Of a DNA stretch of 64,000 nt, positions 10,543-19,800 are shown piece after piece. Origin of the DNA: Lepidodermella squamata (lineage: Eukaryota; Animalia; Gastrotricha); contig JBLDXI010000002.1 of the NCBI GenBank assembly GCA_047495785.1, positions 124,001-188,000 on the forward strand, read 5' to 3'. Below the pieces are notes generated by a model. It searched no databases. It saw only the letters and a list, made by a program, of their open reading frames with translations, and had not been told where the DNA came from. A program made the position numbers and the translations under genes. Positions within the stretch are counted from its first letter, which is position 1; every line of letters begins with the position of its first letter.

Positions 10543-13014
10543 ATGTACTCACAGCACTTAATATTGCTTTGGTTAGTTGCCATGGCGTCACCTGTTGAGC
10601 CGCAAACCAAGCCGTATCGCTTGAGGATGCTATTAATCGCCCCGATACTAGAAATCGAGCCTAAGCGAATTGCCGCGTCTTTTTTAACCGTGCAACTCGC
10701 CATCGATCGCGTCAACAATCGGAGCGATATTCTGCCAGATTATCACATCGATTTTGTCCATCGGGAAGAATATTTCGGCCAGAATGCAGTAAAGGAGACC
10801 GTTCTCTTCAGCCGACAATTCGACGGATCGGGGAAGAATGGATATCAATCTCCAATCGTTGTTGGCCCGACTCTATCCGTTGGATGTCGAGCTGTGGGCC
10901 GCACCATTGGTTACATCGACCAAGTCGCTATAAGTCCATTATGCAGTGCTCCGTTTCTCGCAGATCATTTTTTATTCCGTAATCTCTACCTGCGCCTAGC
11001 TACCTCTAAAACCACGACGATCGCCATACTGAAATTTATCAGAGAAATCGGGAAATGGAACAGAATTGCGCTCATTACATTTATAAGAAATGTGAATGAC
11101 TTTGAAACTGCCAAGCTGCTCAACGATCAGGCCGTAACAAATGGCTTTGAAGTTGCGGTATTTCACGTGTTTTTCGGCAACGTTACCGTTGCAAGTGTAA
11201 CTTCAGAAGACGTGGCTGTCATTAGAAATTCAGGAGCCAGGGTTATTGTTATGAGCATAGGTGGTAACTATCATGCCGTCCGCTTTCTGTGCTTTGCCTA
11301 CAAACAAGGAATGCGTGGACCTCGTTATGTTTTCATCACTATGCTAAATGCCATCAGCGTCGACAATACCCTGGCTCAGAATTGCTCGCAGCAGGAGCTA
11401 TTTGCCCAGATCAAACAGACGTATTACTTCGGCAACATTGGCAGACCTGATAACCAAAGCCGAGTAACGTCACTCGGAGACAATGTGCCTGATTTTGATG
11501 CAACCATACTCAACGCAATAAATGAAACCCAAGCTGGTGCAGATTCTCCTCTTATCACATCTTACGTGGCTTATGACGCGTTCTTAACTGCGTTTTTCGC
11601 CCTTCACAATACTGAGCTGCGTCTGAAGTCCGAATATAACTTGACCCTCCGCGACTACTATTCCAACCCCTCACTAGTCGCTAGAATTGCAAATGAATCG
11701 GTTCTATCATCCGAGTTCATCGGCATGAGGATTGGGAGGTCGGCCTACAGTTCATCAGGCTTAACTATGGGCGACATACAAACAGTCACTCAATGGACCC
11801 CTGATGGAATTAAAGACTTGATTCACATCCGTCAGAAACTGGACAGAAGCCTTTCAGAATTTTCCCTTGATAGCTACGACTTTCGATTTCTTCGACCGAT
11901 AACATGGCCTCTCGGAGCTCCTCCCCGAGATCGGCAATTAGTTCTCAAACAACTTCAACACGTCTCAAAAACTTCCCTTGGCGTTAGCTGGTTTCTGATC
12001 ATCGTTACCACGATTACTCAAGCAGGTTCAATAATTGCAATAGCTCTGAATAAGCCGAGAAAGGTTTACTTCAAAACTTCGAAAATTGTTGGCCTTTTCG
12101 GCTGTTTGATTTTGAACGCTTCCGCGGGAGCTTTTACTATTGATAGAGGGATAGATAGTGCAGTTCTGGCAGCAGCTTGCTTTTTCCTTGTCGGGATCGG
12201 AATTTCTATCGTTTTCAGCTTGATAGCCATTCGGTTGATCAGTATCAACTTCTTTGTTCAAAAAGCAATACTAGATCTCTCACTGCAGATTCTAAGTGGA
12301 AATTTCGGTGCGGGTTCGAGCAATTTCGGAAATTCGGGGGAATCGCACAAGAAGACCTCATCAACAGGCTTTTCCATGTATCAAAAAATGGTCCTATCCT
12401 TTCCGAGTCAGATTTGGAAAACGTTTGACAAACAAACTAGTATTGGAGCTATTTTGGTCGCTTTTGTCAACCTGGTCATCCTAATAGGCTGGTCGGTTGG
12501 CAATGGTATGTTTTGCGCCTATGAGCTAGCATCTCAACCGACTTACGATGAAACGCTGGACGCTATGATTGAAGTGTGGCTAGTCCAATGTGAGATGATG
12601 AAACCTGTCATTGGATGGTCTTTGCTGGGAGCTGTGGCAGCTATTGAATTCTTGTTAATAGTTATCGGCTTCTTCTATGCGTTTCAGCTGCGACAGATAA
12701 AAGGAGTACCTGCTAGCTGCCACGAGTTCCTTCCATGCTGTCTGTCACTTATCGCCGGGGGTACGCTTCTGCCAGCTTCGATTTTAATAGCCATTACAGT
12801 GCAGTATGACGCGATTAAACAGCAGGAAGCTCTTGCGCTTGTTATCATCGCTGTTTCGGCAATTTTGTCCACGTTTTGGATCTACCCTGGATTTCTCGCG
12901 TCGAAAAAGCCGCGTGCCGCTACTGCAGAGTTGCCCACCGGTCGAAAAATCGATGCCCAACCCGGCCAGTCAGTAAATATCTCGAAACCCGGCCCCGCTC
13001 GGCTCGACCCATAA
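10543..13014 (+). CDS. GABA-B-like class C GPCR, copy 3 (inverted orientation), intronless
   Basis: Same motifs as copy 2; ATG 10543 begins a signal peptide (MYSQHLILLWLVAMASPVEP); head-to-head with copy 2. Confidence 0.88.
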   Translation: MYSQHLILLWLVAMASPVEPQTKPYRLRMLLIAPILEIEPKRIAASFLTVQLAIDRVNNRSDILPDYHIDFVHREEYFGQNAVKETVLFSRQFDGSGKNGYQSPIVVGPTLSVGCRAVGRTIGYIDQVAISPLCSAPFLADHFLFRNLYLRLATSKTTTIAILKFIREIGKWNRIALITFIRNVNDFETAKLLNDQAVTNGFEVAVFHVFFGNVTVASVTSEDVAVIRNSGARVIVMSIGGNYHAVRFLCFAYKQGMRGPRYVFITMLNAISVDNTLAQNCSQQELFAQIKQTYYFGNIGRPDNQSRVTSLGDNVPDFDATILNAINETQAGADSPLITSYVAYDAFLTAFFALHNTELRLKSEYNLTLRDYYSNPSLVARIANESVLSSEFIGMRIGRSAYSSSGLTMGDIQTVTQWTPDGIKDLIHIRQKLDRSLSEFSLDSYDFRFLRPITWPLGAPPRDRQLVLKQLQHVSKTSLGVSWFLIIVTTITQAGSIIAIALNKPRKVYFKTSKIVGLFGCLILNASAGAFTIDRGIDSAVLAAACFFLVGIGISIVFSLIAIRLISINFFVQKAILDLSLQILSGNFGAGSSNFGNSGESHKKTSSTGFSMYQKMVLSFPSQIWKTFDKQTSIGAILVAFVNLVILIGWSVGNGMFCAYELASQPTYDETLDAMIEVWLVQCEMMKPVIGWSLLGAVAAIEFLLIVIGFFYAFQLRQIKGVPASCHEFLPCCLSLIAGGTLLPASILIAITVQYDAIKQQEALALVIIAVSAILSTFWIYPGFLASKKPRAATAELPTGRKIDAQPGQSVNISKPGPARLDP

Positions 13015-13632
13015 AAGGAAAAACACAGCATTTGCACTCATTCTTTCACGGCAACTTTATGCTTTATAATACCTTCTTTTTTGAAAAACTAGCATTATCC
13101 AGGATCGACTTTTTCTACTGGAATAACTTGAAATCTCATCATTTTACTCGCTATTAGATTTACTGAGAAAAGTAGGGGGAAAAGCTCTGTGAATGGTTTT
13201 GAAATCCAGGTCCTTTCCCGGAGAACTCTTCGCTGCTTGAAAGAAGCCACCTTTTTCATGAAGCCACCAGTGTTCCACTATCCTAAATAACATACCTATG
13301 TTTCAATTAGGAACTGTGACACGTTATCTGGAACCTTTTGTAGTGGTTTGTATGTATGAACGGAATTGATGTCCAAAGGAGTTGAGATGCTATACGATTT
13401 TCTAAGTTACCCACGGGCCGAAAAACCCGGCCCGTCAGTAAGTATCTCGAAACCCGGCCCCGCCCGACTTGTCCCGTAACAGAAAAAACCCAATATTTTC
13501 ACACATTCTTTCACGGCAACTTTAATATTCTTTCTTTTTTGAAAAACTAGCATTTTCGAGGATGAGATCGGCTTTTTCTACTGGAATAGCTGGATATCTT
13601 TTCATTTTACTCATGATCAGATTTACTGAGAA
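12926..13632. repeat. Diverged direct repeat of ~230 bp (about 12926-13168 and 13404-13632), probably transposon-derived
   Basis: Both units contain AGTT.CCCAC.GG.CGAAAA, TCAGTAA.TATCTCGAAACCCGGCCCCGC, TTCTTTCACGGCAACTTT, GAAAAACTAGCATT and AGATTTACTGAGAA; the first begins CAGAGTTGCC, a hAT-like end. Confidence 0.75.
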
Positions 13633-14680
13633 GTGAATCGTGTAATAGATAAAAAATGTAACCAAGTTTCTAAATAAGGACTTTCTTATTTGTATTCAGA
13701 AAAAATGCGCTTCACAAAGTCATCAGTGCCACGTCTTAACTTTCGCCGACTTTCGCTCGCGTTTAGTCACATAGAGAGGTCTGCCCTGCTATCTACCCCG
13801 CTATCCGCCCAACCCCGTTAGTAGTCATTCGATTTGCGGGGATCCTGTTTAATCAATTCGTTTTTTATCCTATAAAATTAAATAATTTTTGATTAAGTGG
13901 AAAATGATTAATAAATAAATGAATAAATGTTAAAAATATGCGTTCCTGGAAACCAAGCGGAGCGTTATCGCGGTTTTGAGAAATCCGAATCCAGTTATTT
14001 CAAGTTCAGTTTAATTTTCAGCCTCACTCCCAGCCATGATGTACAGTAGAAGCTGTATAATCCGAACCCCAGCAATGCGGACAGCGGGCTAGTCCGGACA
14101 ATTTTAGTGCGACAGACAGAGTTTACGTTATAATATGCGGACATCGCGCGGACAGCCTCTTAATGCGGCCAGGGTGCGATCTTGGATTCCGGAGCTGCCA
14201 GGGATGGAAAAATGTGTATGCTGTTTCTGCAAACAAGGAATAGTCATTTCAACTTAAAGGCGAGCGAAGCGAGAACATTTAAAAGATTTCCCACTAAAAC
14301 AAGCTTCAAAACCTCTCAAAATTAACGAAGCAGTGGGATAAGTTCTCAATTTGTTATTTGTTGTCCGAGCTGGGGCCGAGCTGGGGGGATGAATCAACTG
14401 ACGCTAACGGTTGGTAAAACGCTCCGAGAGGTATAGACGCTCACTGGCTGGGTCGAAGATAACTCGAGTCAGTTCGTTCGTCATTTCGTTGGAAACAAGT
14501 AGTAATTACTAATGACTTATCGCTAGGCCCCGGGGTATATGTATTTCAAATAGGGAGGGCAGAATGTAGATTGAATTGATTTATTTGCTTTCAAGCGCAC
14601 TGTAACAAAAAACAAGTTACAAAACGTTTTATGTTGTTGCCAGAATAATTGTCTTTGGAAAAAGCATCGAAGTTCATCTT

Positions 14681-17083
14681 TCATGTGGAGAAACAGGAGC
14701 TTGCCTCAAGTATGGCACTAGATGCAGGACGCTGATGTTGTTTTTGCGCCAGGAACCCAGGGTAAATCCAAAACGCTGATAAAATTGCCGAAACGAAGAT
14801 AGTAACAAACGAAAGAGCTTCCTGTTGTATAACGGCTTTCGACTGCATTGATATGGAGATTAAAATTGAAGCCGGTAGAAAAGTCCCCACAGCTATGAGT
14901 GACAGACAGCTAGGAACGAACTCATGAAAACTAGCCCGTACTCCTTTTATCTGTCTCAGCTGAAGCGCATAGAGGAAGCCGATAGCTATCAAGACGAATT
15001 CAGTAGCTGCAACAACTCCAAGCAAAGACCACCCAGTCGCAGATTTCATCGCACATTGGACGATCCAAACTTCAATCATAGCGTCCAACGTTTCATCGTA
15101 CATCGGCTCTGATGCTAGCTTGTAAACGCAGGTCGTGCCATTGGTAACTGACCAGCCTATTAAGATGCCCAGGTTAACGGAAGCGATTGAAATCGCTCCT
15201 ATACTTGTGTGTTTATCAAACCTTTTCCAAATCTGACTCGGGAACGATATGGCTAATTTTGGCTGCAAGGATAAAACCTTCCTACGCAGGGAACCAGAGG
15301 TCTGAAAAGATCGCGTAGCCAACTTTAGGGCTTTCTTCTGTAACGCATGTACCATACGTTGAACAACGTAGTAAACACTCATCATCCGCGTAGCAATCAA
15401 GCTGAATACAATAGAAATTCCTATGCCAAGCAGGAAGAAACATGATGTTGCCAGACCTGCGCTATCCAAGCCCTTATCAATGGAAAATGCCCCAGCTGAC
15501 GTGTTAAGGATCAAGCAACCAATCAGGCCGATAATTTTGGAAAATTTGAAGTAAACCATTCTTGGCCTATTCAATGCTAATGAAATTATCGAACCTGCTT
15601 GAACGATCGTGGTGGCGATAATCAGAAACCAGCATAAACCGAAAGAAGTCGTCGAAAAGTGCTGTACATGCCTGAGAACGAGAAGTCGATCGCGAGGAGG
15701 AGCTCCAAGGGGCCATGTTACAGGCCGAAGAATTCGAAACTCGTAGCTATCGAGCGAAAACTCTGAGAGACCCCTGTCAAGCTTTTGACGAATGTGAAGC
15801 AAGTCTTTGATGCCATCAGGGGTCCATTGAGCTACAACTTGTATGTCCCCCATGGGCGAGCCAGAGGAACTGTAAGCCGATGTTCCGATTCTCATCCCGA
15901 TGAACTCGGATGATAAAACAGATTCATTCGCGATTTTACCGACTAGTGACGGGTTGGAGTGATAATCGCGTAGAGTCAGGGTATACTCAGACTTCAAACG
16001 CAGCTCAGTGTTGTGAAGCGCGAAAAAGGCTGTTAATAGCACGTCGTAAAACCCGTAAGTAGCAATGAGAATCGAATCTGCTGTTGCGCGGGTTGCGTTT
16101 ATTCCCTTGATTATGTAAGCGTCGTAATCAGCCGCGTTGTCTCCAAGTGAGGTTAATCGACTGTAGTTGTCTGGTTTACTAATGCTGCCAAAGTAATACG
16201 TTTGTCTTATTTGAGCTATCAGCTCTTGTAGCGAACAATCCTGGGCCATCGTGTTATCGACACTGATCGCAGAAATCAGAGCGATGAAAATAAAACGTGC
16301 ACCCCGCATTCCTTGTTTGTAGGCGAAGCACAAAAACCGGACAACATGGAAGTTACCAGTTATAGACAAAACGATTACCCTAGCTCCTGAATTTTTGATA
16401 ACAGCCACATCTTCCAGGGTTACACTTGCAACCGTCACATTACCGAAAAACACGTGAAATACCGCTATTTCAAAACCATTCGCAACCGCCTGGTCGTGGA
16501 GCAATGTTGCAGTTCCATAGTCATTAACGTTTCCCATGAAAGATGTAATCGCTATTTTGTTCCATTTCCCGATTTCCCTGATGAATTTCAGGATAGTGAT
16601 TGCCGTGGTTTTGTAGGTAGGCAGACGCCGGTAGAGATTGGGAAATAAATAATGATCTGCGAGGAATGGGGCAGTGCAAATTGGACTTATCGCGACTAGG
16701 TTGATATGGCTAATAAAGCGGCCCACGGCTCGACATCCAACGGATTGAGCCGGGCCGGCGATGATTGGAGATAGGTAACCATTCTGCCCCGATCCATCGA
16801 ATTCTCTACTGAAGAGAACAGCCTCCTTTGCAGCATTCATGCCGATAAGCTCTTCACGATGGACGACTTCAACGTGATAATCTGGCAGAATGTCGCTACG
16901 ATTGTTGACGCGATCGACGGCCAGTTGCACAGTTAGAAAGAATGCGGCACTTCGCCTTGCCTCAATTTCTAATACCGGAGCGAGGAAAAGGACTTTCAAG
17001 CGATGCGGCTTGGTTTGTGAATCAATTGCTAAAACCATCATAGCTGCTATCGTGAGTGAGGCGAAATTCAGTTTGATAAGCAT
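14681..17083 (-). CDS. GABA-B-like class C GPCR, copy 4, intronless
   Basis: 800-aa ORF with signal peptide, VFT, WPLGAPPRD stalk and 7TM; high identity to the other copies. Confidence 0.88.
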   Translation of the reverse strand: MLIKLNFASLTIAAMMVLAIDSQTKPHRLKVLFLAPVLEIEARRSAAFFLTVQLAVDRVNNRSDILPDYHVEVVHREELIGMNAAKEAVLFSREFDGSGQNGYLSPIIAGPAQSVGCRAVGRFISHINLVAISPICTAPFLADHYLFPNLYRRLPTYKTTAITILKFIREIGKWNKIAITSFMGNVNDYGTATLLHDQAVANGFEIAVFHVFFGNVTVASVTLEDVAVIKNSGARVIVLSITGNFHVVRFLCFAYKQGMRGARFIFIALISAISVDNTMAQDCSLQELIAQIRQTYYFGSISKPDNYSRLTSLGDNAADYDAYIIKGINATRATADSILIATYGFYDVLLTAFFALHNTELRLKSEYTLTLRDYHSNPSLVGKIANESVLSSEFIGMRIGTSAYSSSGSPMGDIQVVAQWTPDGIKDLLHIRQKLDRGLSEFSLDSYEFRILRPVTWPLGAPPRDRLLVLRHVQHFSTTSFGLCWFLIIATTIVQAGSIISLALNRPRMVYFKFSKIIGLIGCLILNTSAGAFSIDKGLDSAGLATSCFFLLGIGISIVFSLIATRMMSVYYVVQRMVHALQKKALKLATRSFQTSGSLRRKVLSLQPKLAISFPSQIWKRFDKHTSIGAISIASVNLGILIGWSVTNGTTCVYKLASEPMYDETLDAMIEVWIVQCAMKSATGWSLLGVVAATEFVLIAIGFLYALQLRQIKGVRASFHEFVPSCLSLIAVGTFLPASILISISMQSKAVIQQEALSFVTIFVSAILSAFWIYPGFLAQKQHQRPASSAILEASSCFST

Positions 17084-17186
17084 TCGCAGCGTTTCGCCTA
17101 TTTTAGCTTTTCGAACATATAGATCTGGTCAGACGTGATTTTTCGAGCGGAGTCACTAAAGGGCACGGAATCACTAAATTTTTGAA

Positions 17187-17206
17187 ACTTCCGACAAGTG
17201 GGAAAT
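17187..17206. promoter_or_regulatory. Conserved quasi-palindromic upstream element ACTTCCGACAAGTGGGAAAT (copy 4 instance)
   Basis: Related copies at 1071, 4611, 8160, 9146, 10368 (reverse), 17394, 22276 and 27673; those beside receptor starts lie ~85-155 bp upstream of the ATG. Confidence 0.65.
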
Positions 17207-17244
17207 TTGAATCTTTCCGGAAGAGCATTAGCTGCTTGGCTCCT

Positions 17245-17440
17245 TGCGAGTCAGTTGTTAACACCATCATTGTTGTTATCGTGAGTGAGACGAAATTCTT
17301 GGTAAGCATTTGCGATACTCTCAACCTCTCAACTGTGATGAACATACTGTCATCTTTAGCGCGCAGATTGATTTGAATTTCTCAGGCGTGCAAAATTGAG
17401 ACAAGTGGGAAATTTGAACTTGTATGGAATGCATCAGCAG
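17245..17440 (-). pseudogene. 5' fragment (upstream region + signal peptide) of another receptor copy
   Basis: From ATG 17309 reads MLTKNFVSLTITTMMVLTTDSQ, matching paralog N-termini (MLTRLNFVSL...MMVLAIDSQ), then breaks off; has its own ACAAGTGGGAAAT motif at 17401. Confidence 0.75.
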
Positions 17441-18371
17441 GGCGTAATCCGCATGTAATGCAATGACGGAGAATGCACTCTCGTCATCGTGGGGGCGTCT
17501 TCCGTTAGTTCAGGCATCACAAAGTAACAGCACGCTCGGTCGAAAAAATGAGGAGGATCAACATTTAATATTTAAAAAACGTTCGCCTATCGCCACCGTG
17601 TCATTTGAAAAGTTATGAATATTTGAAAAGTGCATCGAACAAAATCTAATCATACATGCGAGGAGCGATTCCGCGCAGTCGGTTCTCACACGATGCCGTG
17701 TGTGGCTGCGAGCAACGCCCTGTGCTCTACTTGTTCGATCACCATGACTAACTTCAATGCTATTACCATTGAATCACCCTTACTCAAAGTTGAAAAAGTA
17801 AAAATTTGCATTCTTATTGCTCAAATGTGAACGTCGATGCTTTAGCATTGCTCGTCAAATGAGATGCCGGGGAACCCCCGTACTGCTGCCGTTTGTGTCG
17901 TGGAAATCTATGTATGCCGCCAGTGTGCGCCCACGCCACGCACACCGTAACTTGCCAGAATGCAATCGCAATCCATGACTACCTGCCTGCATCACTCCGC
18001 AGCCAAAAAGAAGTCATTCCATCCACTAGCCTCTGGATCCTTAAATTGCCTGGTGAACCTTTGTGCACAGTAGAAGAATAGTTGCTTATTGCTTCGCGGT
18101 TTTTAGTTCACACAACGTTCACGGAGAAAAGCCCACGTGATACGAACCAAGCCAAACGCCCCAATTTCCTGCCGTTCAATGTTCAAATAGAATGCCGTTC
18201 AATGTGTGATGTCAGTTATAGCCCGTTTTTTTACTTCATTGGTAGCAAGATGGACTACGATTGATAATTGATAAAGTGAACAAATCGCTAGCAACATGCA
18301 ATCGTCACAAACAAGGACCTTCTTTTCAAATCCTGATCATTTTCAGGATTTCTTTGGGAACTGATCGCATT

Positions 18372-19337
18372 TATAGGACGCCGCAGCTTCGAAGCTCCCA
18401 TTATACCAGGGGTTCTCAAACTTTTTCGCGGCGGTGCCCCCATTTGGGGCACGCGACCAAGGCCGCGTGCCCCACTATCAAATCCATCTAAAAACGCAGA
18501 TATCTCTTTTTCCTCATTGTGGAAAAACATGTAATCGGCTTCCCACTTTGGATTGAAGTGATAGATCTTCTTCTTTGGGGCTTACTTAGATTTTTTCGTG
18601 ACAGGAGTTCCAACTTCAGACTCGGAAGCAGAATCATCGCCGTCATCTTCCGAGTCATCTTGACCAGAACCCGGTGCGACTGGTTTAAAATAGAGCGTAA
18701 TGTTGACTGAGGCGTAGCCAGGATTCAATTTTGGGGGTGATAATTTTTTTTACCTGTGGCTTCGAAATTATCCGGGTCGAAAAAACACTTATTAAGCCCA
18801 TTTGCGAGCAAAGCGAGCTTTAGCTGACGCTTTTTCGGGCATTTTTTAGCTGAAAATAGCCTCAGAATGCGTTAAAAGTTGTTAACAGTTAACAGAAAAT
18901 TTGTTACTGGAGACCACTTTCAGGATTTCTTTGGTGGGTGTTTACGAAAACTGGAAACGGACAAAAATGGGCCGGCGTGCCCCAAGTCGCACGCATTCCC
19001 CGTCGGCCCTTCAAAATGCCCCAAGTCGCACGCGTGCCCCAGTTTGAGAACCCCTGCATTATACATGACCCCGCGGCTGCCACCTACTGTGCGTAAGATT
19101 TAATTTTTAGTTCAGTAAATGGCAATAGGTATATAAAAAATGCTCAGAATTCATTTACAGCAGAAGATCGGCCAGACGTTGTGTAAAAAAATGTGTTCTC
19201 GTTGATCTTAAGCAAAAAAAGAGGCTTGAGATTATTGCAAAAAGTGTAATGAGACGATTCATTGGTCGAGTTGGACTTTGGACCTCATTAAAAATATCAC
19301 GCTTTTTCTGATTCTCAGCAAGCCGCGGCGTCCTATA
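18372..19337. mobile_element. Outer TIR element hosting a nested hAT MITE
   Basis: Inverted repeat TATAGGACGCCGCAGCTT (18372-18389) / AAGCCGCGGCGTCCTATA (19320-19337), 17/18 match. Confidence 0.55.
18407..19056. mobile_element. hAT-family MITE (650 bp)
   Basis: TIR CAGGGGTTCTCAAACT...AGTTTGAGAACCCCTG with a perfect 8-bp TSD CATTATAC (18399-18406, 19057-19064). Confidence 0.92.
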
Positions 19338-19369
19338 GTACGTCTCATGATCGCATTGCTTTCGGCATC

Positions 19370-19700
19370 ATCATCTCGTATGCGTTGTTGAGCAATTCAA
19401 GTCCTCTGTGCTCTTTTTGGTGGAGACTTTTGCTAGATTGATTTGTTCAGATCCTCAGTAGGATGCAGTAAGGTCCCCGAACTAGGGGGAGAACGGCGTT
19501 GTCAGCATACCGAACGGTGGCTCGAGAAACGATAATGCTGGGCAAGCGACAGCCCTTGGATGCCTCCCTTAGATAAGAACAGACCCTAGCAATTGTTGCG
19601 CAATCCGAGGGTAGACTTGCGGAAAATCGTTTGGAAGCTAAGGAGCCTGAACTGCCGGTGAAATATAACAACAACACGCGGATGAGCTTACTTTGAGTCA
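19370..19700 (+). mobile_element. Possible decayed non-LTR retrotransposon fragment (R1/I-like region just after the RT domain)
   Basis: Translation ALSAYRTVARETIML...PLD resembles the xAYRTxSxEA...PxD motif that follows RT in R1-type LINEs; stops present. Confidence 0.3.
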
Positions 19701-19800
19701 ACAATCGAAATGACATTATTTTACTTTCAAGCGCACTGCGAAGTAACAAACAAAAGGTGTTTTTCATAGCCAATGGTCATTGAAAAAAGCCGTTCATCTT

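Noticed and set aside
14681-14695. C-terminal CFST of copies 4 and 5 as a CaaX prenylation motif
   Set aside because: The middle residues are not aliphatic and the motif is absent from the other four copies.
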